Shown: positions 9,491-20,244, counted from the stretch's first letter. The stretch: 64,000 bases of DNA from an uncultured virus (IMG/VR IMGVR_UViG_3300025018_003789) (IMGVR_UViG_3300025018_003789), one strand, 5' to 3'. Numbers and translations are program-made. Notes: generated from the sequence alone by a model not told the origin.

Positions 9491-11320
9491 TTATTGCGGA
9501 AGAATTAAATTGGCCAACTTACTGAACATTGTAGTAACTAGGTCTTCTAGTTTTGTAATTACGATATAATCTTCATAGTATCTTTTTACTTCTGTGCTAT
9601 TGATAGCAAATCCAACTTGTTCAATACCAACGGAACGAATCATTTTGTTGGTCTTTACAAGTTCACGGTCTAGGATGGTTTCCCAGTTGAAATTTCCTTT
9701 CCCAAAGACTGTAGCGGCGGGTTGACCATCGGAGATTACAAGCTGTATTTTCCTGTCTGTCTTGCGCTGGAATAGAGACGCTGCTGCTTTGTAGATTGAT
9801 TCATGATCGATGTTTGCTCCACCAGCGGACCCAACCATTGAACCTAGTCTAAATTTCGCAGAATGATAAGGTTCATCGAATTTCTTGAAGTGATAATAAG
9901 CCATTGCTTCATAACCACCACGATTGAAACCTAAACTAATGGCTTGATCGTCTGTGATAACTGGGTCTTTAGCTGCTTTTGTTCGGAATCCTACGACTTC
10001 TAATTCCATCCCGACATCATTAAACATTTCAGACAAACCAATAGCAACCCTAGTGGCCAACTCTACTTCTCTTCCTATCATTGAACCAGAGAGATCCACA
10101 ACCAACTGAACTGAGATGCTTCGACTGATACCTTTCTTCTTTTTGTAGTAAATGTTTTGTGCGCCCATCGTTGCCTTGGCAAGTTTACGACGGTCAAGTT
10201 TTCCACGGCGTTGATTGCGATGAATAGTGGTTTTAGACTCAGCTACCATTCTTGAAACAATTTCATTCCGAATACGTTGCAGTGCCACATTGGACTCAGC
10301 ACTGATCATTTCAAACTTCATACGATTCTCTGGAGGCACAATTTCCTCATCTTTGGCCGTATAAGGGACATAAGGAATAAAGTCAGGAACTGGCTTGTCG
10401 TATTTTCTGTTTCTGAAAGGACTACTCTTTTCTTTCATTTTCTCAGACAAACCTTCACTGTCTTCGGGCTTCCAACCCTGAGACTTAGCGAGTTCTTCGA
10501 TTTCTTTATTGAGTTTGTCTGGAGAGAAGTCCTGTTCCTTCTGATCCTCTTGGAATTGATCGTTGGGACTAGCAGGCTGGCTACTCTTCTGGCCATTATC
10601 CTTTTGGCCACTTTCATCTTGGCCTTTACTTTCACTCTTCTCTTCCTTTTGTTGCTTTTCTTGCTTTTGTTCTTTCTCCTTCTGCCATGCGTTGTAGATG
10701 TCAACGGCGACATTGAGTGAAACAATAGAGCCTTCACGCTTCATTGAGAGGGACTTAGTAAAGCGACCATCATTAAGGATTTTCCATCCGATGTCATATA
10801 GTTTTTGTATTTCGGATGGGATGGGAAAACTTCCAAAGTTACAAAAATTATATTGGAGAGCCGCCATAACATATCCATAAGGATTCTTTTTGGCGTGATT
10901 GAGGTGTTCTTCATGAGTGTATTCTTGCATGACTTCCCAGTTACGAAAGTATTCAATAGCATAGTCTTCGCCAGTGTAGCGATAATGCTTGTTCTTTTCG
11001 ATACGGGCATCTTCCAACCGCTGGAACATAGTCATTTGAAGTTGATTGAGTTTTTTGGCTTCCTTCTTCATGATTTCAGAACTTGTGAGAAGGTGATGCT
11101 TGCGTTCGTGAGCATCGAATCCAAGAAGTTTCAGGTAGTTATGACGATCAACTTGAGTCATATCAATCGGAGGCATATAAATTGTATTGGTTTCAAACGA
11201 ATAAGCAGCGCCAGCATTGGGAGGGAGATCGCCAGTAAAGTCATAGCGTAATGTATCGTCACCATTGAATGCTGGTCCAACAAGGGATAGTGATTGAGCA
11301 AATCGTTGACCTGAAAGCAT
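9491..11320 (-). CDS. CobT-like VWA-domain protein with N-terminal HExxH motif
   Basis: RGKLDRRKL; VVDLSGSM MIDAS; LVISDGQP; HERKH...RLEDARIE; adjacent AAA ATPase. Confidence 0.85.
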   Translation of the reverse strand: MLSGQRFAQSLSLVGPAFNGDDTLRYDFTGDLPPNAGAAYSFETNTIYMPPIDMTQVDRHNYLKLLGFDAHERKHHLLTSSEIMKKEAKKLNQLQMTMFQRLEDARIEKNKHYRYTGEDYAIEYFRNWEVMQEYTHEEHLNHAKKNPYGYVMAALQYNFCNFGSFPIPSEIQKLYDIGWKILNDGRFTKSLSMKREGSIVSLNVAVDIYNAWQKEKEQKQEKQQKEEKSESKGQDESGQKDNGQKSSQPASPNDQFQEDQKEQDFSPDKLNKEIEELAKSQGWKPEDSEGLSEKMKEKSSPFRNRKYDKPVPDFIPYVPYTAKDEEIVPPENRMKFEMISAESNVALQRIRNEIVSRMVAESKTTIHRNQRRGKLDRRKLAKATMGAQNIYYKKKKGISRSISVQLVVDLSGSMIGREVELATRVAIGLSEMFNDVGMELEVVGFRTKAAKDPVITDDQAISLGFNRGGYEAMAYYHFKKFDEPYHSAKFRLGSMVGSAGGANIDHESIYKAAASLFQRKTDRKIQLVISDGQPAATVFGKGNFNWETILDRELVKTNKMIRSVGIEQVGFAINSTEVKRYYEDYIVITKLEDLVTTMFSKLANLILPQ

Positions 11321-11395
11321 TGTTGTTTTCCTTTCGTTGATATAATCACTATATTGTTGTACTATGTTTCGGTTAGCTCACTCATGACTTAGCCT

Positions 11396-12646
11396 CTAAG
11401 CAATCGCCTCAAAGTTAAGATCAATATAGAAACCTTTATCGATCCATTTCTTATAGTTTTGGGGAGCGTTTTTAACTTGTCTCCTATGTTCTTCAATCTT
11501 ATCAATATCGAAGTGAGGTCTCATGTCAATACCCAAAGCAAGATCAAGGGCTTGAAAGATCTCGGTGTGAAGACCTTCATCGAATTCAGTAACAACGTAA
11601 AGGTAGAATGCCATGTGCCATCCCAAGATGGGGAAGGCATCAGCGAATCGGTTGAGTGCTCTCAGTGTCAGGAACTCAGTATGCTTGTTTTTGAGTACAT
11701 CAAGAATCTTTCTGACAACGCCATTCTCCTTATAGAGTTCTTCAAGAACACCATTAGGAAGACGACCTTTGAACAGTTCTTTTTCGATTTCAAGGTTACG
11801 CTTGATGGGGACTTTAGGTCCGATACGGGAGAGCCAAGCCTTGTTGAGGGGAACTGCGCCTTGAAATGCACCAGTAGTGTCACCACGTCCCCAAGTGTTG
11901 CCTGAGAAGATCATACGGAAGTCAGGATGTTTAGCGACTTGACGAACACCATTTTGAGTGTTAATGACAAGGACGCCACCTTCTTCCGTAATCATATTGA
12001 AGGCACGAATAGCCTCATCGCTGGAACGGTCAACTTCATCACAAATAACCATCCAACCTTCCATCATTGCTTCAACCAAAGGTCCGGGAACAAAGACAGT
12101 TTGGGAAATACCATTGACCTCAAGGTTTCTGTCATAACCGATCATAAAGTCAGCATCAGGCACGACATCCATTGAGACACGATAAGGCTGTTGATTCCTT
12201 GTAAGGGCAATTTCTTCGCTCATACGGGACTTACCAACGGCAGGATCGCCTTTCAGGTAAGGGTAATGCCCAAGGTCAACAGCGGCACGAACAATAGCGA
12301 ATTCTTTTGGCGCAATGTAAGGGGTAGTAAAACTGGTTTGAGAACTTTGTTTGATGCCGATGGGTTTGCCACTACCACGACGCTTAGGAACTACGACTGT
12401 GAAGTGATCAGGAACCATGAATTCAATTTCATCACCAAAGAGAGTGATATGAACATCAAGGTCATTGAGTTTGGAGCGGAGAGCCATTTTGAAACGATTC
12501 TCAATTGACTCTCCTTTGTCGAGAGATACGAAGGGGATCATATCATCAATCAAGAAGGTAACTTTATTGCTCTTGGTTTCTTGAGCCTTCTTCTTGACCA
12601 CTTCAACAATCTTTTGAATTTCTTCTGATGTGACAGGTGATGGCAT
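11396..12646 (-). CDS. CobS/MoxR-like AAA+ ATPase
   Basis: Walker A GDPAVGKS; PGPLVEAM; Walker B VICDEVD; HPDFRMIFSGNT. Confidence 0.9.
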   Translation of the reverse strand: MPSPVTSEEIQKIVEVVKKKAQETKSNKVTFLIDDMIPFVSLDKGESIENRFKMALRSKLNDLDVHITLFGDEIEFMVPDHFTVVVPKRRGSGKPIGIKQSSQTSFTTPYIAPKEFAIVRAAVDLGHYPYLKGDPAVGKSRMSEEIALTRNQQPYRVSMDVVPDADFMIGYDRNLEVNGISQTVFVPGPLVEAMMEGWMVICDEVDRSSDEAIRAFNMITEEGGVLVINTQNGVRQVAKHPDFRMIFSGNTWGRGDTTGAFQGAVPLNKAWLSRIGPKVPIKRNLEIEKELFKGRLPNGVLEELYKENGVVRKILDVLKNKHTEFLTLRALNRFADAFPILGWHMAFYLYVVTEFDEGLHTEIFQALDLALGIDMRPHFDIDKIEEHRRQVKNAPQNYKKWIDKGFYIDLNFEAIA

Positions 12647-12707
12647 TGAATTCTCCTTCGTAAGTTGTATATTTTGTAGAGCAGGTTTTTGTTTAGGTTA
12701 TCTCAGT

Positions 12708-13082
12708 TTACTTCAGTTTCTTCTTGATGTAGTTGCCAACACGAATAATGCCATCAACCCGAGTGTGAACAATGAAACGTTTCACTCTGAAGTTGAGAAG
12801 GTAAGCCCATGCTGGGGCAATGGTGAACAGGAAGAACGATAGCAGTTTGAATAGCGCAAGAACACCAGAGACCGCAGCGGTTGTGTCTTCACCAGGTGAG
12901 GTATCTGCTCCACCGATCAACATGACCCAAAGAACACCACCACCAATCATCAAGGCGATGATGATGAATATTTCAAGTCCTGAGAGTGGTGCAATTCCTT
13001 GCTTGGCGTTGCGTTTTACATCTTGAGAGATAAACTTACCTGCCTCATTGGCTAAGTCTTTTCCTTCTTTTTTCCAATCCAT
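12708..13082 (-). CDS. Membrane protein
   Basis: AAGGAG RBS; two hydrophobic segments. Confidence 0.65.
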   Translation of the reverse strand: MDWKKEGKDLANEAGKFISQDVKRNAKQGIAPLSGLEIFIIIALMIGGGVLWVMLIGGADTSPGEDTTAAVSGVLALFKLLSFFLFTIAPAWAYLLNFRVKRFIVHTRVDGIIRVGNYIKKKLK

Positions 13083-13094
13083 GTTGGTTTCTCC

Positions 13095-13418
13095 TTATAG
13101 AGTTTGGTCGATGATGAAATCTAGGATGAAACTAAGTTCTCCTGATTTGATGCAGTGTTTGATAGCAGACTTGAAGTCTTTCTCCTTTCGGGTTTGTTCT
13201 TGTCTGAATTCAGCCTCCCCAATGTTTGGGTTAGCTCCGTTGTAAGTTCCAATGACAATCAAGCCATCTTGTTGGACTCGAATGAACTTACCACTATATC
13301 CTCCGATATGAGCAAGTAAAGCCTTTCCGTTCAATCCGTTATGGATGGGGTCAACAATCCATTTGAATTCACAGGATTCAGTCCATTTCTTCCAGTCTTT
13401 GTATTCGCTATCGTTCAT
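13095..13418 (-). CDS. Hypothetical protein
   Basis: ATGA-coupled, GAGGAG RBS. Confidence 0.65.
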   Translation of the reverse strand: MNDSEYKDWKKWTESCEFKWIVDPIHNGLNGKALLAHIGGYSGKFIRVQQDGLIVIGTYNGANPNIGEAEFRQEQTRKEKDFKSAIKHCIKSGELSFILDFIIDQTL

Positions 13419-13642
13419 TGAGAAATCTCCTCATAAAGAGACGATTCTTCGGCTAGGAGTTTACAACGCTTTTCAAGGAGAAGAATGATTTCATCCTTGG
13501 CGTTGATCATCATACCATTGTAAACATCGTTTTCAAGGACACTTTCCTTGTCTTCGATGTCGGATTCCTTTTCCTTGGCGAGAGTAAGTGCTTCTTCGTT
13601 TTCTTCCAATTCTTTTGCGATTGTTTCAAGGCGTTCTGTCAT
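13415..13642 (-). CDS. Small acidic coiled-coil protein
   Basis: AAGGAG RBS. Confidence 0.6.
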   Translation of the reverse strand: MTERLETIAKELEENEEALTLAKEKESDIEDKESVLENDVYNGMMINAKDEIILLLEKRCKLLAEESSLYEEISQ

Positions 13643-13653
13643 GTTGATTCTCC

Positions 13654-14304
13654 TTAGAATGGGAACTTATGATTGTTAGGGCATTCGATGATGCCACGGT
13701 TAGCTCGGCTTCTGAATGAGAAGGTTTCGTTACACTGTGGACAGGTCACTTCTCTATCCACTGTACCGATAACTTGAGGTTCAAAGGTTTCACCAAAGAC
13801 ATTTTTAATCTCAGATTTGATTTGATCAAGCAGAAACAAGGGCACTGAGATTGTGCAGTCATTGAAGGCATATATTTTGTATAACTTGAGAACGTCTTCA
13901 AGAACTGCGTCAACGTCACTGTTGTCTATCTCAGCCCTTAGAATCCAGCGTTGAATAAACCGTGCAAAAACTTTTCTCTCTTCAACGTAATCGTTTCTCT
14001 CTTTTTGAGTAGAAAATCGCATACCTGGACTTGATGCCATAGTCACAGCATTGTGTTTAGGTATTCTGAAGACAACTGTAACGAATTGACAATTGATGTT
14101 TGATTTCTCATAGAAGTAAATTGAGTTATACCAATGACCTCTGTTGTCACGAAAGGGAAGAACATAAGAACCACAAAGGCCGGACAGGAAAAGTTCATCA
14201 TAATCCTTGGTTATATCAATGCCAGCCAACTGGTTACGATTTTCACCTTGGACTTCAATGAAACCATTCATCCTTATTTTCTTCATAATATCAGATGCTT
14301 TCAT
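13654..14304 (-). CDS. Hypothetical protein with C-terminal zinc ribbon
   Basis: CPQC...CPNNH. Confidence 0.65.
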   Translation of the reverse strand: MKASDIMKKIRMNGFIEVQGENRNQLAGIDITKDYDELFLSGLCGSYVLPFRDNRGHWYNSIYFYEKSNINCQFVTVVFRIPKHNAVTMASSPGMRFSTQKERNDYVEERKVFARFIQRWILRAEIDNSDVDAVLEDVLKLYKIYAFNDCTISVPLFLLDQIKSEIKNVFGETFEPQVIGTVDREVTCPQCNETFSFRSRANRGIIECPNNHKFPF

Positions 14305-14777
14305 TATTCAATCCCTTCTAAGATGATTGCATTGTCATCTTGATAAATAATAGATGTCATTTCGTCAAGGTTTTCAATACCTTTACTTTTATGAATGATA
14401 TGATCTCTTGGGATGATTGAAAGGGGAGGACGAAATACAAAAGATACATTCTTCTCGCCAACAAACTCTTCGCCCTTTTCAACAAAGATTGAGATTGGAT
14501 CGTTCTTCTGAAGCAATCCTGCCATCAAAGGAATCTCATTGAGAATTGTAAGGAAGATAAAGAATTGCTGTTCGTTCTCTTCTTCTGGAATACCATAGAA
14601 GAGAGAAGAGATAGTATGAATGTAACCATCGAAGAAGAAGAGGTGAGTTGTTTGCTCACCAGTTTGTGCAATGATATGAATAAAGGCAACTACATCGCCG
14701 TGCATTGCCTTGAGAACCATCACATTGCTGTGAGTCGCAAAGGGGTCATTCGTGTCATTTTTTAGTTGCGATAACAT
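14304..14777 (-). CDS. Hypothetical protein
   Basis: Follows class I module and AAGGAG RBS. Confidence 0.65.
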   Translation of the reverse strand: MLSQLKNDTNDPFATHSNVMVLKAMHGDVVAFIHIIAQTGEQTTHLFFFDGYIHTISSLFYGIPEEENEQQFFIFLTILNEIPLMAGLLQKNDPISIFVEKGEEFVGEKNVSFVFRPPLSIIPRDHIIHKSKGIENLDEMTSIIYQDDNAIILEGIE

Positions 14778-14815
14778 CTGTTTCTCCTTGTTGATATATT
14801 TTGTAAGAGAGAGAC

Positions 14816-15217
14816 CTATGTTTTGGTTAGCTCAGGGTATTCATCCAGAACCTCTTGAGGGATAAGGAGTTTCAATTCATAGGCACGTCTTACAAATCTT
14901 TCATGGGTGTCTGGTTTGATATGGGATAATCTCCTACCATCACCTGGTCCAAAGTTGTTTGACTTTTGACGGTCATAGCTCATGACCTTCCATTCATTAG
15001 ACATGTGAGTTGCATCTGGATCGTGGAGGTCATGGATGTAACACTTAGCCTCTCTCTTATTTGAAAAGAGTTTGTCTAAGCAGTGTAGATCAATTTCCCA
15101 TCCGAGTCGTTCTCTCGGTGTGAGTTTTTCTGGATTGCCTTTACCTAGCACAACTTTTTCAACGAATATTCCTTTTGTAGGAAAATCCTTTTTGAGTAGT
15201 TGGTAAGGTAACTTCAT
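14816..15217 (-). CDS. Hypothetical protein
   Basis: HERFVRRA...IPQEVLDEYPEL C-terminal motif; ends inside class I module. Confidence 0.65.
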   Translation of the reverse strand: MKLPYQLLKKDFPTKGIFVEKVVLGKGNPEKLTPRERLGWEIDLHCLDKLFSNKREAKCYIHDLHDPDATHMSNEWKVMSYDRQKSNNFGPGDGRRLSHIKPDTHERFVRRAYELKLLIPQEVLDEYPELTKT

Positions 15218-15489
15218 TTCTTTACATTCCCTTCTTCATCAAAGGTGATTGCTCTCTTTCCAAAGAGACGGCCAAGCAGTGTTGGAAGAACTGTGATTTC
15301 TTGAGAGGGAATCCAAACAGTCTCTTCATTCTCTTTGGTCACTTTGACCATTTCACCGTTCTCTTGAATGGCAAAGATGGTGTATTTGAGAGGCGTGAGT
15401 TTGAAAAAGCCTTTATCCTTTTTGGTTCCTTCACCAACGATAACGGCGTTTTGTCCTTTGTATTTACATTTTCTACCAATGAAAGACAT
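15214..15489 (-). CDS. Hypothetical protein
   Basis: Start reassigned to MSFIG after AAGGAG. Confidence 0.6.
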   Translation of the reverse strand: MSFIGRKCKYKGQNAVIVGEGTKKDKGFFKLTPLKYTIFAIQENGEMVKVTKENEETVWIPSQEITVLPTLLGRLFGKRAITFDEEGNVKK

Positions 15490-15527
15490 TTGATGTGACT
15501 CCTTATATTTTGTAAGTGATGTAGACG

Positions 15528-15558
15528 AAGAAAAGCGGGAGGGCAAAAGCCCTCCCGC
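15528..15558 (-). terminator. Intrinsic terminator
   Basis: GCGGGAGGGC-TTTT-GCCCTCCCGC perfect stem then TTTTCTT on minus strand. Confidence 0.85.
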
Positions 15559-15595
15559 CAATCAGTTAGTTAGATGTTCACCGTTCGACCAACGC

Positions 15596-16903
15596 TTACT
15601 TGTCGTTCTTAGCGTTGATTTCTTCGTAGGCGGCTTCGATTTCCTTGGCGAATGCCTTGTGGGCTTCGAGGAAGTTATCGATGGTGTCCTTGAGACCTGA
15701 ATACTTACGATGCTCTTTCAGGTTGGCAGTGAGATCGCCGGAGACGTATTCGGCAATGCCGTTGATTTTGCCCATCGGACGAATCTTGCGACCAGCGGCA
15801 CCGGAACCATCGCCCTGAGACTTCACATCCTTGGCAGTGATCTTTTCACCGTTTTCGATGCGAGCAGCGATTTCCTTCTGCTTGGACTTAGGCATTTTTT
15901 CGTCAACCATCTGCTTGAGGACGTTGAAGTTGGTGTTGCCGACTTCAAACTGCTTGAGCATATCAGCAGAGGCTTCACGACGCACCTTGCGCATCAAGCT
16001 GACAGTAGGTTGATAGGTGTTGGGGTCTTGACCCAGAGCGATACACACATCAGCGTCAGTCATATTGGCGTTGTCTTCCTTGAGATGGTAAACTGCTTCC
16101 ATCTTTTCGTAAGGAGTCAGGGTGCGGAAGTTGCCAGCGTCATTGCTGCTAATCATCACGCCACGGGCGTTTTCGATTGAACCGCTGAAGGGCTTGACAG
16201 GAACCTTGAGGAACTTCTCAGGTTCATCAGCAATGGAGTAGCCGACGATGGAGGTACGGGTGGCACCGTTCAGGATACCGATTTGACCGTCAACAGCATA
16301 GACGAGAATCGGATCGTGTTCGTTCAACTTGGCGTTGGCACGAATGTTCGTGAACAGTTCGATAAACTTGGGATCACCGAAGTAACGAAGGTCTTCAGGC
16401 TTGCCTTCGGAGGCGACGTTACGAACTTCCATGTTGTAATACCAGTCAGTCTTGGGGTGACGAAGACCAGCGGCTTTGTGGGCATGGAAATTGACAGGAC
16501 CGCCGACAGTAAAGCCAAGCAGAACTTCAGGAGAGACCATAACAGTTTCGTTGGGGTGAGCCGCCATGTAAGCGACAGTTGCTTCACGGGCAGCATCAAC
16601 GTTGTCGAATTCCTGATCGTTCAGATAGAACGTATCACGGACGAAAGCGGGTTCTTCTTCGGCTTCCGGTTCATCGGAGGCTTCAGGTTCAGGCGCTTCT
16701 TCGACTTCATTGGTGACGGGCGGGTTTGCTTCGGATTCAGGCTCAGGCTTTGCCTTTGCCTTTTCCTTTGCCTTTGCAGGTACAGAGACAGAGGACGTGC
16801 CATCGGCTTCGTCAACGGGCGTCTCAGGCGTTTCGGGTGCTTCGGCAACGGCGGTTGCGGATGCAGTTTCTTCAACTTCGGGTGTGGTCGTTTCTTCGGA
16901 CAT
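15596..16903 (-). CDS. ParB/Srx-like domain protein with acidic disordered N-terminus
   Basis: PILVY....ILNGATR; LTPYEKMEAVYHL...DADVCIALG HTH-like region. Confidence 0.65.
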   Translation of the reverse strand: MSEETTTPEVEETASATAVAEAPETPETPVDEADGTSSVSVPAKAKEKAKAKPEPESEANPPVTNEVEEAPEPEASDEPEAEEEPAFVRDTFYLNDQEFDNVDAAREATVAYMAAHPNETVMVSPEVLLGFTVGGPVNFHAHKAAGLRHPKTDWYYNMEVRNVASEGKPEDLRYFGDPKFIELFTNIRANAKLNEHDPILVYAVDGQIGILNGATRTSIVGYSIADEPEKFLKVPVKPFSGSIENARGVMISSNDAGNFRTLTPYEKMEAVYHLKEDNANMTDADVCIALGQDPNTYQPTVSLMRKVRREASADMLKQFEVGNTNFNVLKQMVDEKMPKSKQKEIAARIENGEKITAKDVKSQGDGSGAAGRKIRPMGKINGIAEYVSGDLTANLKEHRKYSGLKDTIDNFLEAHKAFAKEIEAAYEEINAKNDK

Positions 16904-17100
16904 AGTGTTTGTTCTCCTTGAGAGTAATTTGTGTCGTCCTTGTTACATTTTGTAGGTTGAGGGGTGAATGTTTCGGTTAGCTCAGCGTTCGATGTTCTTC
17001 ATAAGCGAAACCTCCTTTGCGTCAAGTGAAAAAGGCCAGACAGTCATAATTTTTGTATCAACTGCCTTTCCATTGAGAAATCATTGAGGGCGGAACCAAG

Positions 17101-17433
17101 TCAAGACAAAACGATAAGGCAGTAACCGGGGTCTTCTGGTTTCTCCTCATCGTTGACATCTTGGCTGGCACGAAGGGCGTCTTTGACAGGTTGAGGCAAG
17201 TCAGACGATCCATAGATGGCATCGAAAATCTTATCCTCTCCTGCTGGTAAGAGAGCAAAAATGCCCTCATTGTCTTCTTTATGCGGGAAAGAAGGCATTT
17301 CCTGAAGACACTCTTCAACAGATGTCCTATCCTCATCAGTAAGTTCTTCAGAGGTGATTTGAACTTCAAGCAATCGCCGTTCAGTAACGACGATTGGAGT
17401 GTCAGGGTTGATGAATCGTTTGTGAGTTTTCAT
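17101..17433 (-). CDS. Hypothetical protein
   Basis: ATGA-coupled, AAGGAG RBS. Confidence 0.6.
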   Translation of the reverse strand: MKTHKRFINPDTPIVVTERRLLEVQITSEELTDEDRTSVEECLQEMPSFPHKEDNEGIFALLPAGEDKIFDAIYGSSDLPQPVKDALRASQDVNDEEKPEDPGYCLIVLS

Positions 17434-18602
17434 AGAACAGTTGTCTCCTTCTTAGAATTGAGTTTCGTTTTGTCACGGCGTTTCCGTGCTTCATCCGCTT
17501 TGGCTTTGATTGAATCAAAGTTCAAGAGAGTCTTCATTGACTTCTCTTTTGCCTTGGAACCGGAACCAAAAAGGGAAGAGTGAAGTTTGACTTCTTCTTC
17601 AGAGCGGCGAACCTCGCCAGTGCTCTTGTCACGGCGTTGAACCGTCCGGCTATGATGATCGGAATACTCACACATTGCGATGAAAGCACCGAATTCGGTT
17701 TCTCGAACGCTTGGAGTTATATCATTCCAAACTTCCTTGATGCCAAGGATTTTCTTCTCATCACCGGAACGAATACGAGTGCCGTCTTTCGTTTCCCGTT
17801 CTCCCTTCTCAGGATAAAGGAATTCGAGAACTTCTTCAAACTTCTTCATTGTCATCGTAGTTGATGACATATCCTTGAGGGTTTCTGAGAGGCTATCAAA
17901 GAATTTCAGGGCGGCAACATAAACTTCACCACCTAATTTGATACGTTCGTTAGCGTTCTTGGTGTGTCGAATATCAATCTTACTCTTGACATTATCTTTT
18001 GTAAGTGATGCCAGAGAGATTTTCCGACCGTGAAGGTAAGGGACGAAGTTGGCAGACCAAACATAAGTCCCATCATGTGACCAAGTAAGGACAATATACA
18101 TGGTGATTTCTTCACCAGCAATTTCCAATTTACCTGGGAGTTTGATTGTTGCATAACACTGTTGACCTTCAAGGAACCATCCGCCAGAGAAGAGTTCAAG
18201 TTTACGATCCTTGGCGAGTTCGTCAAAGATAGCCATTGCATCCACGTTCTGAATGGTATGGTATGCAGTGCCAACAGTTCCCATCGGGGCAAGAGTGTCC
18301 ATACGGATAACGCCACGATTATCAGTGAATTTGATTTGATCGAAGCGAGGATCACGAGAGGTATGGTCATTTTTACTGGGAGCAGATAGTCCAGTTGTGA
18401 CACTCCTTACATGGGTTAGACAAACTTGCCAGTCCAAACCATAAGCCTTAGCGGCATCGGTAGCAGAGTGACAAACTTGGGTCTTACCATGACCAAAGAA
18501 GTCTTGCTTCTTCCAACCACTTCCGGCTTGGCGAAGGGCTGTCCTTTTCAAGGTCTTGTTGACCTGAACAGGAACACTTTTGAATTTCCTTGGCATTTTC
18601 AT
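17430..18602 (-). CDS. DUF932/DUF945 family protein
   Basis: GLDWQV; GTVGTAYHTIQN; TWSHDGT; IRHTKN; EYSDH; SLFGSGSKAK motifs. Confidence 0.85.
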   Translation of the reverse strand: MKMPRKFKSVPVQVNKTLKRTALRQAGSGWKKQDFFGHGKTQVCHSATDAAKAYGLDWQVCLTHVRSVTTGLSAPSKNDHTSRDPRFDQIKFTDNRGVIRMDTLAPMGTVGTAYHTIQNVDAMAIFDELAKDRKLELFSGGWFLEGQQCYATIKLPGKLEIAGEEITMYIVLTWSHDGTYVWSANFVPYLHGRKISLASLTKDNVKSKIDIRHTKNANERIKLGGEVYVAALKFFDSLSETLKDMSSTTMTMKKFEEVLEFLYPEKGERETKDGTRIRSGDEKKILGIKEVWNDITPSVRETEFGAFIAMCEYSDHHSRTVQRRDKSTGEVRRSEEEVKLHSSLFGSGSKAKEKSMKTLLNFDSIKAKADEARKRRDKTKLNSKKETTVL

Positions 18603-18660
18603 TTCTCCTTGTTGATATAATTTGTAACAAGCAGTTACTTGTTTTGGTTAGCTCAGATGA

Positions 18661-19137
18661 TTATACTATAATCACCGGATGGTTTGGGTCAAGAACATCA
18701 TTGTTGCCATCAATGTTATTCTCTGTAGACCCTGTGGTGATGGCGAAATGAGCGGGATAAAATTCATCAATTCCTTGAAGAAAGACTGTGATATTCATGT
18801 TCAACTGCTCTTCCGACAACCCTTCCATCTTTTCTTTCAAGTCCCGATAGGTGGACACACCTTCAAAGATGTCCATTCCCATTCCCATTTTCATATCCAT
18901 ATCCTCATTGGCATCATCTTCCATGTCAGCAATAGCATCCTCAATTTCTTGATTAGAGAATGCACTGACATAAGGACCACCAATTTTGGGAACGTTAAGG
19001 CGAGCGATTGAATTGGTATTGTCTTCGTTATAGACAGTTGCAGCTCTCACTACACGAAAGTCGTCATTATCGAATGGACCTTCAATTTCAGGTTCAGTTC
19101 CACCCCACATGATTTGGAGGTAAAGTTTTGTCTTCAT
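18661..19137 (-). CDS. Hypothetical protein
   Basis: Start reassigned to MKTKLY downstream of class I module. Confidence 0.65.
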   Translation of the reverse strand: MKTKLYLQIMWGGTEPEIEGPFDNDDFRVVRAATVYNEDNTNSIARLNVPKIGGPYVSAFSNQEIEDAIADMEDDANEDMDMKMGMGMDIFEGVSTYRDLKEKMEGLSEEQLNMNITVFLQGIDEFYPAHFAITTGSTENNIDGNNDVLDPNHPVIIV

Positions 19138-19206
19138 GGCGTTTCTCCTTGTTGATATAGTTTGTAAGTGAAGGGTGAATGTTTTGGTTAGCTCAGACAT
19201 CTTAGA

Positions 19207-19557
19207 TCATGAAAAACGCCCCTTACATGAGGGGCAGACAATAACTGGGTTTCCTCTGGTATAGACTTCCTCTTTACAGAATGGACAGTCTCTTACCTTG
19301 AGGATTTCATCGATAGCCAGCCAAGTTATTTCGATGATACTTTTTATTACTTTCTTTTCTTTGAAGGCTTCTACTTCAGACGGGTTTTGAATCAGTACGG
19401 ATTCTGTTTTGAAGTTGTTGTACGTGACGATGATGTTTGCTTTGCTAAGATTCAATGAATCTAGTTTTTCTCGGCAACCAAATGAATGACAAATTACAGT
19501 AGAAGAAGGGCGCTTGATGACTGCTGAGAACTCTGTCTCAGATAACTTCACCATCAA
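19207..19557 (-). CDS. Zinc-ribbon hypothetical protein
   Basis: CPFC...CPSC. Confidence 0.6.
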   Translation of the reverse strand: MMVKLSETEFSAVIKRPSSTVICHSFGCREKLDSLNLSKANIIVTYNNFKTESVLIQNPSEVEAFKEKKVIKSIIEITWLAIDEILKVRDCPFCKEEVYTRGNPVIVCPSCKGRFS

Positions 19558-19808
19558 TAATTATGCTCGCACGATTCATTTCTACAGTAGTCTTTGTCAT
19601 CAAGAGTATATTCATGGCAGTCGGGACAAACCTTGACTTCAGTTCCATCTTCCTTGGTCACATACTCACGTTCCAAATGATCAAGACCTTCAACTTCGAC
19701 AGCCTCTGTTTCGATATGACCACTTGGATAGAGAATCCCTTCAGTGTTCACTTCAACTTCTCCGTCCAATACTGAAGTGAATGTAATTTTTTCAACTTGC
19801 TGGTTCAT
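19554..19808 (-). CDS. Zinc-ribbon hypothetical protein
   Basis: CPDC...CRNESC. Confidence 0.6.
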   Translation of the reverse strand: MNQQVEKITFTSVLDGEVEVNTEGILYPSGHIETEAVEVEGLDHLEREYVTKEDGTEVKVCPDCHEYTLDDKDYCRNESCEHNY

Positions 19809-20244
19809 AGGTGTATCCTTTTACTTTGGTTGTTGGAATGTCGTACAGTATTCCATTGTGTCTTCCTTGAAATGGGACAGCAGATTCCATTACGAGATCA
19901 GACACTTTACTAGAAGTCGTATGGATTATCAATTGACCCGTTTTCATCTTACGGAATTTCTTTTTGATTTCTTTGACAAGCAGAGAGGGGTTGTAATGTT
20001 CACGAACCTTGTCTCTCCACTCATTGTTTATGGCAGGTGTTGACTCTAAGTATCCAAGAGGACAACTGACTTCATCGTCAAAGTTTTCTTCTGAGATTTT
20101 GTCATAAGTCCAAGAGTCACCCTTTTGAAGTTTATACAAAAAAAGAGATGAGCCGTCTTGAGAGACAGCCCATACATTATTTGCCCTTAGACAAAGACGA
20201 GAAGATGATTCTCTTATTTTTTGTATAACTTCTACTTTGGTCAC
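19792..20244 (-). CDS. DUF6927-like protein
   Basis: W.Y..ISE...SCPLGYLE...WRDKVR pattern. Confidence 0.55.
   Translation of the reverse strand: MTKVEVIQKIRESSSRLCLRANNVWAVSQDGSSLFLYKLQKGDSWTYDKISEENFDDEVSCPLGYLESTPAINNEWRDKVREHYNPSLLVKEIKKKFRKMKTGQLIIHTTSSKVSDLVMESAVPFQGRHNGILYDIPTTKVKGYTYEPAS

Noticed and set aside
9491..12646. CobS/CobT-like pair as cobalamin biosynthesis genes
   Set aside because: No cobN or other cob genes; AAA+VWA pairs are common in large phages with unrelated chaperone-like roles
16982..17002. Mini-ORF MKNIER with AAAGGAGG ending in the class I motif
   Set aside because: The apparent RBS and start lie within the spacer/-10 of a class II promoter; probably coincidental
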